From a virus (lineage: Duplodnaviria; Caudoviricetes), in IMG/VR virus record IMGVR_UViG_3300023213_000009, positions 1 through 45,307 of that record: a stretch of DNA of 45,307 nucleotides. One strand, 5' to 3'. Position 1 is the first letter of the stretch. Each line of letters begins with the position of its first letter. This document shows, in pieces, positions 1 to 8,304 of this stretch. The notes beneath the pieces are model-generated. The model was not told the DNA's origin and searched no databases. It was given only the letters and a program-made list of their open reading frames with translations. The position numbers and the translations under genes were made by a program.

Positions 1-127
1 TATTATTTCAGTACCACATCATGTTGTGGCTATTGAAGTTAAAGATAAAAATATTTATTTTGTAGATAATCACACCAAAACTCCTATATCTGCTAGTTCA
101 TCCGCTAGATTGATGCAAAAAGTATTA
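1..127 (+). repeat. Terminal direct repeat, left copy (probably assembly overlap)
   Basis: Identical to 45181..45307 except G96 vs A45276. 127 is a common assembler k-mer length. Confidence 0.95.
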
Positions 128-340
128 GGAGTCTGGAGAATCACTAAGAAAGTCACACCTAAATTCGTTAAATCTGAAATAAAAGTTGTATGCAATTCGG
201 CTAGGCATGTGACTCTATTTAGGGATTCTATATTTGAGAATGCAGAGGACAACACCTCAACAAGACTTGGTTCATTTAGTTTCTTGGATTATGAAGAACT
301 TAAACAAATCATTCATGAAATGAAGAGGTTGATCAAATGA
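1..340 (+). CDS. C39-like peptidase, 3' part (ORF track 26..340 is a truncated call)
   Basis: In frame with the ORF starting at 44918 once the circle is closed. Confidence 0.75.
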   Translation, partial: IISVPHHVVAIEVKDKNIYFVDNHTKTPISASSSARLMQKVLGVWRITKKVTPKFVKSEIKVVCNSARHVTLFRDSIFENAEDNTSTRLGSFSFLDYEELKQIIHEMKRLIK

Positions 341-531
341 TTCCACAAGATAAAGAACAAAGAGTTAAAATAATTGCTTACATGATAGAAGGTATCAAAT
401 TACAACATGATGAATTAGGAGATTGGGAGAGAGAATTTACTTATTCTGTAGAAGAACAATTTGAAAGGAAAGGTGATTTGACAGTTAGACAGTGTGAGAA
501 GCTAGAACAAATTTACAATCGATATTGTTAG
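337..531 (+). CDS. Hypothetical phage protein
   Basis: ATGA-coupled to the previous gene; LGDWEREF...LTVRQCEKL pattern of small phage proteins. Confidence 0.75.
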   Translation: MIPQDKEQRVKIIAYMIEGIKLQHDELGDWEREFTYSVEEQFERKGDLTVRQCEKLEQIYNRYC

Positions 532-541
532 GAGATGACAA

Positions 542-736
542 ATGAAAGAAAATAGAGGCTTTGCGTCGATGGATAAAGAGAAACAAAGAAAAATTGCTAG
601 CATGGGAGGTATAGCCGCACACGAGAAAGGTACAGCACATGAATGGGATAGTGAAGAAGCAAAAGCAGCAGGAAAAAAAGGTGGAATGAAGTCAGCAACA
701 ATGCAATTTCGTAAAAAGATTGAAGAGAGTAAGTAG
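542..736 (+). CDS. KGG-repeat general stress protein (YciG/Con-10 type)
   Basis: RGFASMDKEKQRKIASMGG...HEWDSEEAKAAGKKGG; SD AGGAG upstream. Confidence 0.9.
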   Translation: MKENRGFASMDKEKQRKIASMGGIAAHEKGTAHEWDSEEAKAAGKKGGMKSATMQFRKKIEESK

Positions 737-771
737 AAAACCGAGCAACAACTTCCTTTAAAGAGGAAAAA

Positions 772-990
772 ATGCCAAAACATATCGCACCTAGACTAGC
801 AAGTGGAGACTCAAGAGTTGGATTTGGTCATGGTTTACCAGAAGCAATTAAGGAGGGATTAAGACGTATTGCTGAAAGAGAAAATAAGAGTATGTCTTGG
901 GTAATGGAAGAAGTTATTATTGACTATTTTAATTTGCGTAGACCAAGATATGCGTCGAATGGTAAGAAAGAAAAAGGAAGAGATGAATAA
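772..990 (+). CDS. Ribbon-helix-helix (CopG/Arc-like) DNA-binding protein
   Basis: LPEAIKEGLRRIAERENKSMSWVMEEVIIDYF matches the RHH pattern. Confidence 0.75.
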   Translation: MPKHIAPRLASGDSRVGFGHGLPEAIKEGLRRIAERENKSMSWVMEEVIIDYFNLRRPRYASNGKKEKGRDE

Positions 991-1283
991 TGACTGGCGA
1001 AATTCACGAAATCGAATTTGAAATAATAGAGCCGCCAGCCGTAGACCATTTAGGCCAAATTAAATGGAGAATGAAAGGCGGCGAATATATTCTTATTAAA
1101 GATATGGAAGATAAACATCTTAGAAATGCTGCATTATTCTTAATGAATATGGGATATACAAAGTGTCTTGCTCCTGAACAGATAAGAATAATGTGGCTTA
1201 GAATATTTGCTATGGAATGGGAACGTAGACTTCTACGAAAAAAAGTTAAAGAGTTAAGAGAATGGACGGTGAATGATGACTGA
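990..1283 (+). CDS. Hypothetical phage protein
   Basis: TAATG coupling; WRMKGGEYILIKDMEDKHLRNA motif. Confidence 0.75.
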   Translation: MTGEIHEIEFEIIEPPAVDHLGQIKWRMKGGEYILIKDMEDKHLRNAALFLMNMGYTKCLAPEQIRIMWLRIFAMEWERRLLRKKVKELREWTVNDD

Positions 1284-1425
1284 AGAAGAAAGAAATGAAG
1301 TGTTAAAAGCATTAGAATTAGTACAAAATAATCCATATATAGATAGAATAGATATGAAATATTGTTCTATTTATAAAGTTGGCCCAAAACTTGTAAGAAT
1401 TGATGTGAAAGTAAAACATGATTGA
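1276..1425 (+). CDS. Small hypothetical protein (49 aa, not in ORF track)
   Basis: MTEEERNEVLKALELVQNNPYIDRID...; fills the gap and overlaps both neighbours. Confidence 0.65.
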   Translation: MTEEERNEVLKALELVQNNPYIDRIDMKYCSIYKVGPKLVRIDVKVKHD

Positions 1426-2338
1426 GAAAGCAAACATAATTCTAGATGCGAGTAAAATAGATTTATTCGAAACTTGCCCTAGAAGATATTTCTATAGATA
1501 TGTAGCTAAGAGAGGTTTACCAGTAGGACAAAAAAATAAAAGTCTAGATTTAGGTGGCTTAGGCCATGAAGGATTAGCCGTTTACTATCGAATGCTAGCT
1601 AAAGGAGACCACTATAAAGAAAGAATCGAAGCCTGTACGACCAAGATTATGGAAACTGCAGCTAATCCAGAACTATCTAATTCTGACCCAGATGATGTGA
1701 TTCGTTTAGTAAGAGCAATAGAAGAGTCGCAAGACCATTGGCGTGCTGAAGACGAAAATGGATTAGAGGTATTAGCCGTCGAACAGCCGTTTGCATATAT
1801 ACTATATGAAGATGAATATGTGCGTATTATTATATCTGGCAAAATAGACCTACTTGGTAACTACAAACCAATAGGACAAAGAACGGAATACAAGAATCTT
1901 CCATTCGACCACAAGACATATTCAAAAGATTCACAATTTTCTGTCTTGCGGAAAAGCAATCAATTCACAAATTATGCTGATGCAGTCAAATCAAATTATC
2001 TTTGTGTCAACAGGATAGGTCTACAAGACCCAGATGCAAAGAAACCTATGACTGCGGATGAAAAGTTCAAACGCCCAATTCTTTCTTACGACCCAATCTA
2101 TTTTCAGGATTGGAAACATAACATAACTAAAATGATATTGAATGAATTTTTAACTTGTGTAAGCGACAATTACTGGCCTGAAAAATCTACTAGTTGTAAT
2201 AAATTCAATAGATTATGTGAATATTATGATGTCTGTGACTCTTCAGGAGAGAAAAGTAAGATTTGGAAATTAGAATGTAACTATGTAAACGTCGAAGATT
2301 GGGACGTAACCAAAACATTAGCGGAGGAGAAGAAATGA
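1418..2338 (+). CDS. PD-(D/E)xK Cas4/RecB-like exonuclease
   Basis: N-terminal CPRRY, AVEQPF, GKIDLL, DHKT catalytic motifs; C-terminal C-x6-C-x5-C suggests an Fe-S staple. Confidence 0.85.
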   Translation: MIEKANIILDASKIDLFETCPRRYFYRYVAKRGLPVGQKNKSLDLGGLGHEGLAVYYRMLAKGDHYKERIEACTTKIMETAANPELSNSDPDDVIRLVRAIEESQDHWRAEDENGLEVLAVEQPFAYILYEDEYVRIIISGKIDLLGNYKPIGQRTEYKNLPFDHKTYSKDSQFSVLRKSNQFTNYADAVKSNYLCVNRIGLQDPDAKKPMTADEKFKRPILSYDPIYFQDWKHNITKMILNEFLTCVSDNYWPEKSTSCNKFNRLCEYYDVCDSSGEKSKIWKLECNYVNVEDWDVTKTLAEEKK

Positions 2339-2520
2339 TAAACGAAAAAACGTTACAGATGATGGATAAATATGGTGGTTCTTTCGTGAGACATCTAGCC
2401 GTTTTGTATAGATTAGGAGATGAAGAGAATAGACAGATATTAGAAAAAGCGTTTGTACATTACTTTACTGAATATGGTGACTGGGCAGCAAGAAAAGAGT
2501 TTGATACTTCCACTAAATGA
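2335..2520 (+). CDS. Hypothetical phage protein
   Basis: ATG at 2335 after SD GGAGG; YGGSFVRHLA...DEENRQILEKAF motif. Confidence 0.75.
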   Translation: MINEKTLQMMDKYGGSFVRHLAVLYRLGDEENRQILEKAFVHYFTEYGDWAARKEFDTSTK

Positions 2521-2636
2521 GCCGTTGTGAATCTACGAAAGTAGTAGAAGTCAACAGTAGTGCCGTTTAGTGGAATAGGCGGAGTAATTTGCGTGATGTA
2601 TGTGCTGAGAAAAGCCAACTCCGAGATTACTCCGCC
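2508..2636 (+). ncRNA. Candidate two-domain structured RNA
   Basis: TTCCACTAAATG (2508-2519) pairs with CGTTTAGTGGAA (2564-2575), enclosing GTTG/CAAC and CTAC-GAAA-GTAG. Then GGCGGAGTAAT (2578-2588) pairs with ATTACTCCGCC (2626-2636). Confidence 0.55.
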
Positions 2637-2667
2637 GTTCGTTCATTCGGAATAGATAGAAGAAATT

Positions 2668-2997
2668 ATGACCAAGGAAAAACACGTTCATAAGTTTAAG
2701 AAGATTAAGTACAAGTCAGGAACCTCTATCTTTTTCTGTACTCTTCCTGATTGCAACGTCAAAGTCAATCCAGCATTAGCTCTCGGAAAGAGATGCATTT
2801 GCTGGAGATGTGGCGAAGAATTTATTCTAACTGAATATGCCTTGAGATTAGTTAAGCCGCATTGCGAGAATTGCCATAAACCTACTAAACAAGTAGAAAC
2901 TGAGAGAAGAGAAATTTCTAAGGCTGTTAACTCTCCTTTGAATGATACTCTTTTGAAATTTAGACAAGAAAGGGAAGAATCAGAGGGAGATATCTGA
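2668..2997 (+). CDS. Cys-rich Zn-binding hypothetical protein
   Basis: CTLPDC, CICWRC, CENC motifs. Confidence 0.75.
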   Translation: MTKEKHVHKFKKIKYKSGTSIFFCTLPDCNVKVNPALALGKRCICWRCGEEFILTEYALRLVKPHCENCHKPTKQVETERREISKAVNSPLNDTLLKFRQEREESEGDI

Positions 2998-3164
2998 TGG
3001 GTGGAACAATGCCAATATGTCCTTTCTGTAAAAAAGAATGTGCATATAGCGGAGTAAAAGACCATATTCGAGATAAACATCCTGATAAATATAAGGAATG
3101 GATTAATTTTGGCCAATTACCATATTGGAGATATGATGATGAAGGAAATCTTCGGAGAAATTAA
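2997..3164 (+). CDS. Small C2H2 zinc-finger protein (55 aa, not in ORF track)
   Basis: MGGTMPICPFCKKECAYSGVKDHIRDKHP...; stop/start coupled on both sides. Confidence 0.7.
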   Translation: MGGTMPICPFCKKECAYSGVKDHIRDKHPDKYKEWINFGQLPYWRYDDEGNLRRN

Positions 3165-4054
3165 TGGCGAAGATTTCAGATATAGACCTTAACGCAATTA
3201 GTTTCTTGTTTAAATCAAGTCCTGGATTTGGAAAAACTCTAGCTGCTGCCAGTTTTGCAGTAGCAGGTCCAGTTTATTTATCTTATTGGGATAAAAAATC
3301 TCCAGTGGAATTAAGTACATTTTTTACAGATAGAAGATTTGGGAGTAAAGCTAAGAAAATCAAAGATAACATTGAATATGATACTTACGGTAGTCAGTCG
3401 GCCCATCAATTCCTGAATAAGCTAATAAAAACATACAAAGAAGGTTGTCCATACTTTGCTATGATTAATGATTCTTTAACATGGATGACCGCATCAGCCG
3501 TCAATTGGTCACTTAATTTTGGTAAAGTCGATAAAACTAGAGCAGTTAAAAAAGATATTAAACCAGATTTTGATGAATATAAAGTAGAGACTAGCATAGT
3601 AAGTCAATGTATAGATATATGTAGAGAACTTCCCTGCCATGTAATTTGGACTGCCCACCCTCTATCTACAATAAGCCTTTCAGGAAGCGGTTCATCAATG
3701 AGAGTTGACAGAACTAATCCAATTGTTAGTTACGGTAGCAAAGTAGCTAGTATGATTCCGGGTTCCTTTAGTGAAATTTATCATTTTAGCCAAAAGAATG
3801 TTTGGGGTGAAAATAATAAAAAACAATATTTAGTAAATACTGAGGCAGTAGGAGATGAATTCGCTAAATCACCACTTTTAGGAGACTATATTAAGGAATT
3901 CGATATTACAGATAGGTTGTTTTATGAAGTATGGAAAGAATTATTAGATAAAAGTATGGGAATAGAACCGAAACCTCCTAGAGAACCTATCACCCTAGAA
4001 TCCTTCACATCCAAACAACCCACCGAAAAACAACCAACCGACTGGAAGGTGTAG
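3164..4054 (+). CDS. Sak4-like/AAA_24 ATPase (ssDNA-annealing recombinase)
   Basis: Walker A PGFGKT, Walker B INDSLT, HVIWTAH; lies between exonuclease and SSB. Confidence 0.75.
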   Translation: MAKISDIDLNAISFLFKSSPGFGKTLAAASFAVAGPVYLSYWDKKSPVELSTFFTDRRFGSKAKKIKDNIEYDTYGSQSAHQFLNKLIKTYKEGCPYFAMINDSLTWMTASAVNWSLNFGKVDKTRAVKKDIKPDFDEYKVETSIVSQCIDICRELPCHVIWTAHPLSTISLSGSGSSMRVDRTNPIVSYGSKVASMIPGSFSEIYHFSQKNVWGENNKKQYLVNTEAVGDEFAKSPLLGDYIKEFDITDRLFYEVWKELLDKSMGIEPKPPREPITLESFTSKQPTEKQPTDWKV

Positions 4055-4055
4055 A

Positions 4056-4460
4056 ATGGCAGAAAGAAGTTGGGTAGTAACACCAGAAGATCTCGCAAAA
4101 GGAGATTTGGTAAAACCAGGCTGGTACAATGCTGAAATCGTCAAATACGAGGACGGTGAAGCAGGAGAAGATGCCAAGAATCCAGGTAGTGCTACATCTA
4201 AATTTTATTTTAAAGCATTAAATCCTGAAACCGGTAAATACTTTGAGCCATATCGTTATTTCAGTGAAACTGCATGGGGATTTGCTAAGACATTCTTTGC
4301 TGCTATGAATTTTCCAAAAGATGGAGAAAACTACAAGGTTAGTTCTTCTTTGTTTAGACAGACTATCGGACATAAAGTTGATATCTACATCGTGCGTGGT
4401 AAGACGAATAAAGGTAACGAATTCAATGAAGTAAAGGATTTCAGACCATATAGCGGATAG
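4056..4460 (+). CDS. Single-stranded DNA-binding protein (DUF669-like)
   Basis: LVKPGWYNAEIV...FNEVKDF pattern; directly follows the Sak4-like gene. Confidence 0.7.
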   Translation: MAERSWVVTPEDLAKGDLVKPGWYNAEIVKYEDGEAGEDAKNPGSATSKFYFKALNPETGKYFEPYRYFSETAWGFAKTFFAAMNFPKDGENYKVSSSLFRQTIGHKVDIYIVRGKTNKGNEFNEVKDFRPYSG

Positions 4461-4468
4461 CCGTCAGC

Positions 4469-4562
4469 TTGAGCGAAAAGTGTTCTGCTGAATATATTGA
4501 ATAGGCAGAGAATCTAGCATCCTCTGCTAGAGGCTAGGACCACTTTTCGCTCAATTTTTTTG
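4469..4562 (+). terminator. Branched terminator-like RNA (14-bp closing stem, two internal hairpins, U-tract)
   Basis: TTGAGCGAAAAGTG/CACTTTTCGCTCAA closing stem; inner TCTGC/GCAGA and TCTAGCA/TGCTAGA; followed by a run of T. Confidence 0.65.
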
Positions 4563-4570
4563 GAGATGAA

Positions 4571-4837
4571 ATGCAGGACTTTCAGTGGATTGAGAGAGCA
4601 AAAACAACTTTTAATTTTCACAGAAGTAAATTAACATCGCATGACAAGTGGACACTGGCACATACGGCTAAAGCTTTAAGACGTTCTCAAGGTTCTATTT
4701 GTGAAGATTTATTATTAGCTCGTTGGTTAAGAACACACGAAAGACAACTAAAAGGATTTAGATATGCATATGAAGCATTAGAATATGTTAGAAAAGAACA
4801 AAGAAGACTAGAAACAGATAATGGATTTGATGACTGA
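4571..4837 (+). CDS. Putative HTH protein (ParB-HTH-like)
   Basis: WTLAHTAKALRRSQGSICEDLLLA resembles a helix-turn-helix; SD GGAG. Confidence 0.55.
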   Translation: MQDFQWIERAKTTFNFHRSKLTSHDKWTLAHTAKALRRSQGSICEDLLLARWLRTHERQLKGFRYAYEALEYVRKEQRRLETDNGFDD

Positions 4838-5031
4838 TGCCTCCACATCCAGATAGAGTTAGACAAAATTATTGTGAACACGAGTGGAAACGATTATTTA
4901 TGTTATCATTTGTTTGTTCAAAATGTGGGAAGATAGTACAACCGCCTAATAATACAGTTATAATAGATCACATTTGTGAAGTAGACGTAGACATAGATAG
5001 AGAGCGGTGGAATGAAACTAGGAGATTTTAG
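4837..5031 (+). CDS. Small Zn-ribbon protein
   Basis: CEHEW...CSKCG. Confidence 0.65.
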   Translation: MPPHPDRVRQNYCEHEWKRLFMLSFVCSKCGKIVQPPNNTVIIDHICEVDVDIDRERWNETRRF

Positions 5032-5036
5032 AGGAG

Positions 5037-7514
5037 ATGCCTAATTTCGTAGGAGGTGTAGGTAGTATAAATCCAGATTTAATGGTAGTCGGAGAAGCTC
5101 CAGGTCCATTAGAAAATACTAGAGAGTTACCATTTCAAGGACCAACAGGTAAAATAGTTGATGATTGTCTAGAAAAAGCTGGCTTGATAAGAAACAACTG
5201 CTGGTTAACCAATGTTAGCAAATTCCAACCTCCATTCAATAACTTCGATAAACTACATTTAATCGGCATAGATATTGATAAACAAATTGAAGAGTTGTGG
5301 GATAAAGAAATTAACAAGCTAAAGCCGAAATGTATTTTAGCCGTCGGAGATAGAGCTTTACAAGCCGTCTGCGGTGTCTCCGGCATCCTCAATTACAGAG
5401 GATCAATATTAACCGCAAAAGATGGAGTAACTAAGGTTATTCCAACAATTCATCCTGCCGCATTATTCACTCATGGTGATGATGACGACAAACGGGGCGC
5501 ATTGCCCTGGGTATATTTAAAACTAATCGAAGCTGATTTTATTCGAGCGGCTGAAGAATGTCAAACTAGAGAGATAGTCCTTCCTGAAAGAACATTATCA
5601 ACTATTCACAATTCACTCGACCTTCACAGATTTTTCCGTGAATACGAAAAACTCGACAAAGCGGCTGTTGACATTGAGTCTATTAATTGTGTTCCTGTGT
5701 GTGTTGGATTTGCTTTTAATAGATACCACGCTATTTCTATTCCTTTGTATCATCACATTGGTCCTCACAAGCTCACTGATATGGGAGATAATGAGCTAGA
5801 TGAATGTTGGAGGATGATTGATAAACAACTCAGACGACTCAAAATTGTTGGACATAATTTCCTCTATGATGAGTACAAACTTGGACTTATCGGATATGAA
5901 ACTCCGAATGTCTATTCAGACACCCTCATTAAGACTAGAGTTATATGGCCAGAACTTCCAGACAAAAGATTGTGTGTTGTATCTTCATTGTGGACAAGAG
6001 AGCCATTCTATAAAGATGACGGAAAAGAGTTCAAACTTGGTAAAGTCAGTTTCGACAAGTTTCTTGTGTACAATGCTAGAGACTGCGCTGTCGAATTTGA
6101 AGTAGATGAAGAACAAGATAAAGATTTAAAAAACCTTTCTGAAACACATAACGTTCCATTATGGGATTACTATTACAATTATCAAATGAGAAAACATAAG
6201 TTTTATTTGAAATTGCAAACGACTGGTAAAAAAATAGATTATCCCATGAAAGCTGCACTAATGAAAAAATATACAGGATTACAAGCAATAGTACATGAAA
6301 GAATAACAGAAGCCGTCGGTGATGAAATAAACGTTAAATCATATCCACAAATATACAATCTTCTTTACAACATAATGAAATTCAAGAAAAGAATAAGAAA
6401 TCCTACTTCTGAGGAGAGCATTGTAGCATTACTAGGAAAATGCAAAGACAAAGTGAAATCAAAAATATTGGAGGATTTACTTGAAGAACGAAGAGTTAGA
6501 GACCAAAAATCAAGGCAAATCTCTTTTTGCCCTGATTATGATGGGAGATGTAAATCAGCTTACAATATCATTGCAACTGAAACCTGTCGAAGTTCTACAG
6601 GTATTCTTAAAAAACCTTTCAGACCTAGAAAAATTGGACTTGCTGACCATACCATCTCTGCGCATGGAAGATTAGCTAAAGACATTAAAACTATGTTTAT
6701 TGCGGACGAAGGGAAAGTCATTTTACAGGCTGACTCTAGTCAAGCAGAAGCTAGAATAGTAGCCGTTTTAAGTAAAGATTGGGAACTACTCAAAGCATTT
6801 GATGAGATAGATATACATAGGCGGACGGCTGGATTGATATTTGGATACGTAAATAAGCTAGAATTATCTAAAGATTTTAAACATCCAATAATTGATTTCT
6901 TACCTAAAGATGGTCCGGAAAGATTTACAGGCAAGAAAACTAGACATGCTGGCAATTATAATATGAAGAAACATACATTTATGATTGTGTTTAATACGGA
7001 TGCTCAAAAATACGATATTCCAATGTCAATTAGTGAATGGAAAGCCAATCAGATGTTGGAAATATTCCATGCAGCCAGTCCAAAACTTGAACAAGTCTTT
7101 TGGAAAGAAATTAAAGAAGCTCTTGACGCTACTAGAACTCTTATCGATCCTTTTGGTGGTGTTAGGCAATTTTATGGTCGTGCTGATGATTCTCTATATG
7201 GAGAAGGGTATGCTAATATTCCACAGAGGACTGTTGCACATTTGGTACAAGGTGCGGCATTAAAAATAGATGATGAATTAAATGGGGATACACAAGTTCT
7301 TTGGGCGGAGGAAAAACATGATGCATTGTACTTGCAAGCACCAGCAAACAATTGGGAACCATACGCTAAATTAATGAAAAAACATATGGAACGCTCAATT
7401 GATTTCAGAACATATTGCACGTTAAAAAGAGATATTGATTTAATAATTCCATGTGACATTGAGATTAGCCACACTAATTATGCAGCTTTTGAGAAAGTGA
7501 AGTTAGCTGCATGA
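5037..7514 (+). CDS. polA: Family A DNA polymerase with N-terminal uracil-DNA-glycosylase-like domain and 3'-5' exonuclease
   Basis: UDG family-4 motifs VVGEAPG, PFQGPTG, TIHPAA. Exonuclease motifs VDIES, GHNFLYD, YNARD. Polymerase motifs A (QADSSQAEARI), B (RFTGKKTRHAGNY) and C (KHDAL). Confidence 0.93.
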   Translation: MPNFVGGVGSINPDLMVVGEAPGPLENTRELPFQGPTGKIVDDCLEKAGLIRNNCWLTNVSKFQPPFNNFDKLHLIGIDIDKQIEELWDKEINKLKPKCILAVGDRALQAVCGVSGILNYRGSILTAKDGVTKVIPTIHPAALFTHGDDDDKRGALPWVYLKLIEADFIRAAEECQTREIVLPERTLSTIHNSLDLHRFFREYEKLDKAAVDIESINCVPVCVGFAFNRYHAISIPLYHHIGPHKLTDMGDNELDECWRMIDKQLRRLKIVGHNFLYDEYKLGLIGYETPNVYSDTLIKTRVIWPELPDKRLCVVSSLWTREPFYKDDGKEFKLGKVSFDKFLVYNARDCAVEFEVDEEQDKDLKNLSETHNVPLWDYYYNYQMRKHKFYLKLQTTGKKIDYPMKAALMKKYTGLQAIVHERITEAVGDEINVKSYPQIYNLLYNIMKFKKRIRNPTSEESIVALLGKCKDKVKSKILEDLLEERRVRDQKSRQISFCPDYDGRCKSAYNIIATETCRSSTGILKKPFRPRKIGLADHTISAHGRLAKDIKTMFIADEGKVILQADSSQAEARIVAVLSKDWELLKAFDEIDIHRRTAGLIFGYVNKLELSKDFKHPIIDFLPKDGPERFTGKKTRHAGNYNMKKHTFMIVFNTDAQKYDIPMSISEWKANQMLEIFHAASPKLEQVFWKEIKEALDATRTLIDPFGGVRQFYGRADDSLYGEGYANIPQRTVAHLVQGAALKIDDELNGDTQVLWAEEKHDALYLQAPANNWEPYAKLMKKHMERSIDFRTYCTLKRDIDLIIPCDIEISHTNYAAFEKVKLAA

Positions 7515-7741
7515 TTAGGATAACTACAGCTTTAGGATTTGAACATTTATATGAAGATAGTCCATTTGAAATGCAACTCAAGGAATTTGATAAATTTTTT
7601 AATGAAAAAGTATTATTAATAAAAGGCATACACGCTTGTAAAGAAGGTGATTTTCCACTTTCACGTGGTTTTGTATTTGATAAATATTTACAAAATTACA
7701 ACAATCCAGTAGTGAAAATTGAATTTAATGTGAAATTATGA
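7511..7741 (+). CDS. Hypothetical protein
   Basis: ATGA-coupled ORF in operon. Confidence 0.65.
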   Translation: MIRITTALGFEHLYEDSPFEMQLKEFDKFFNEKVLLIKGIHACKEGDFPLSRGFVFDKYLQNYNNPVVKIEFNVKL

Positions 7742-7938
7742 ATATTTCTACTAGAGCAAGCGACTTTTCAGAACCTGAACAAGTAATGGTTCTTACAAAA
7801 GATGATTGTATGTTAATATCAGAATTTATAGAAAGAGATTATAGTTGGACTATATTACAATATGAACATCAAAATATTCTTGAAATACTACAAGGAATCA
7901 GAAAATTTGCACATGCCAGAAGTAATAATAAAATATGA
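7738..7938 (+). CDS. Hypothetical protein
   Basis: ATGA-coupled ORF in operon. Confidence 0.65.
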   Translation: MNISTRASDFSEPEQVMVLTKDDCMLISEFIERDYSWTILQYEHQNILEILQGIRKFAHARSNNKI

Positions 7939-8141
7939 TGAAATTTTATTTTAATAGACATATTTTTGTTTTTTATAGAGAACATTTTTCAATAGTAACT
8001 CCATATGGAGATGTTTTCAAAATAGCATTAACAGAGAATCCAGATAATCCAATTATTGTTATACCAATGAAAAAGAAAAATATTAATGAAGATTATGAAC
8101 AACATATTTTTGAAAAAGAAATAAGAAGAATTCATGAATGA
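7935..8141 (+). CDS. Hypothetical protein
   Basis: ATGA-coupled ORF in operon. Confidence 0.65.
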   Translation: MMKFYFNRHIFVFYREHFSIVTPYGDVFKIALTENPDNPIIVIPMKKKNINEDYEQHIFEKEIRRIHE

Positions 8142-8304
8142 TCAGAAAATCGTACTTGAACTTACAGAAAATGAAACATTAGTCTTATGTAAAGCATTAC
8201 TCGAACATAATCCGATAAAAGAAGATGAATTAATATCTATTACGTTATATGCTAAATTAAAACGTAGATTAGGTGAAGTATTCGGTAATTATGAGACATC
8301 GTGA
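8134..8304 (+). CDS. Small hypothetical protein (56 aa, not in ORF track)
   Basis: MNDQKIVLELTENETLVLCKALLEHN...; fills the gap, GTGA overlap with the next gene. Confidence 0.65.
   Translation: MNDQKIVLELTENETLVLCKALLEHNPIKEDELISITLYAKLKRRLGEVFGNYETS

Noticed and set aside
1-127. Biological direct terminal repeat
   Set aside because: The length equals a common assembler k-mer and it falls in the middle of a gene, so it is better explained as a circular overlap.
4469-4554. tRNA gene (also considered for 2578-2636 and 26777-26850)
   Set aside because: No TTCRA T-loop, D-loop GG or 7-bp acceptor geometry.
5037-7514. Z-genome (DpoZ) or hypermodified-base pathway
   Set aside because: No PurZ, dNTP hydrolase, thymidylate synthase or deaminase was recognised in the genome, so modification cannot be claimed from sequence.
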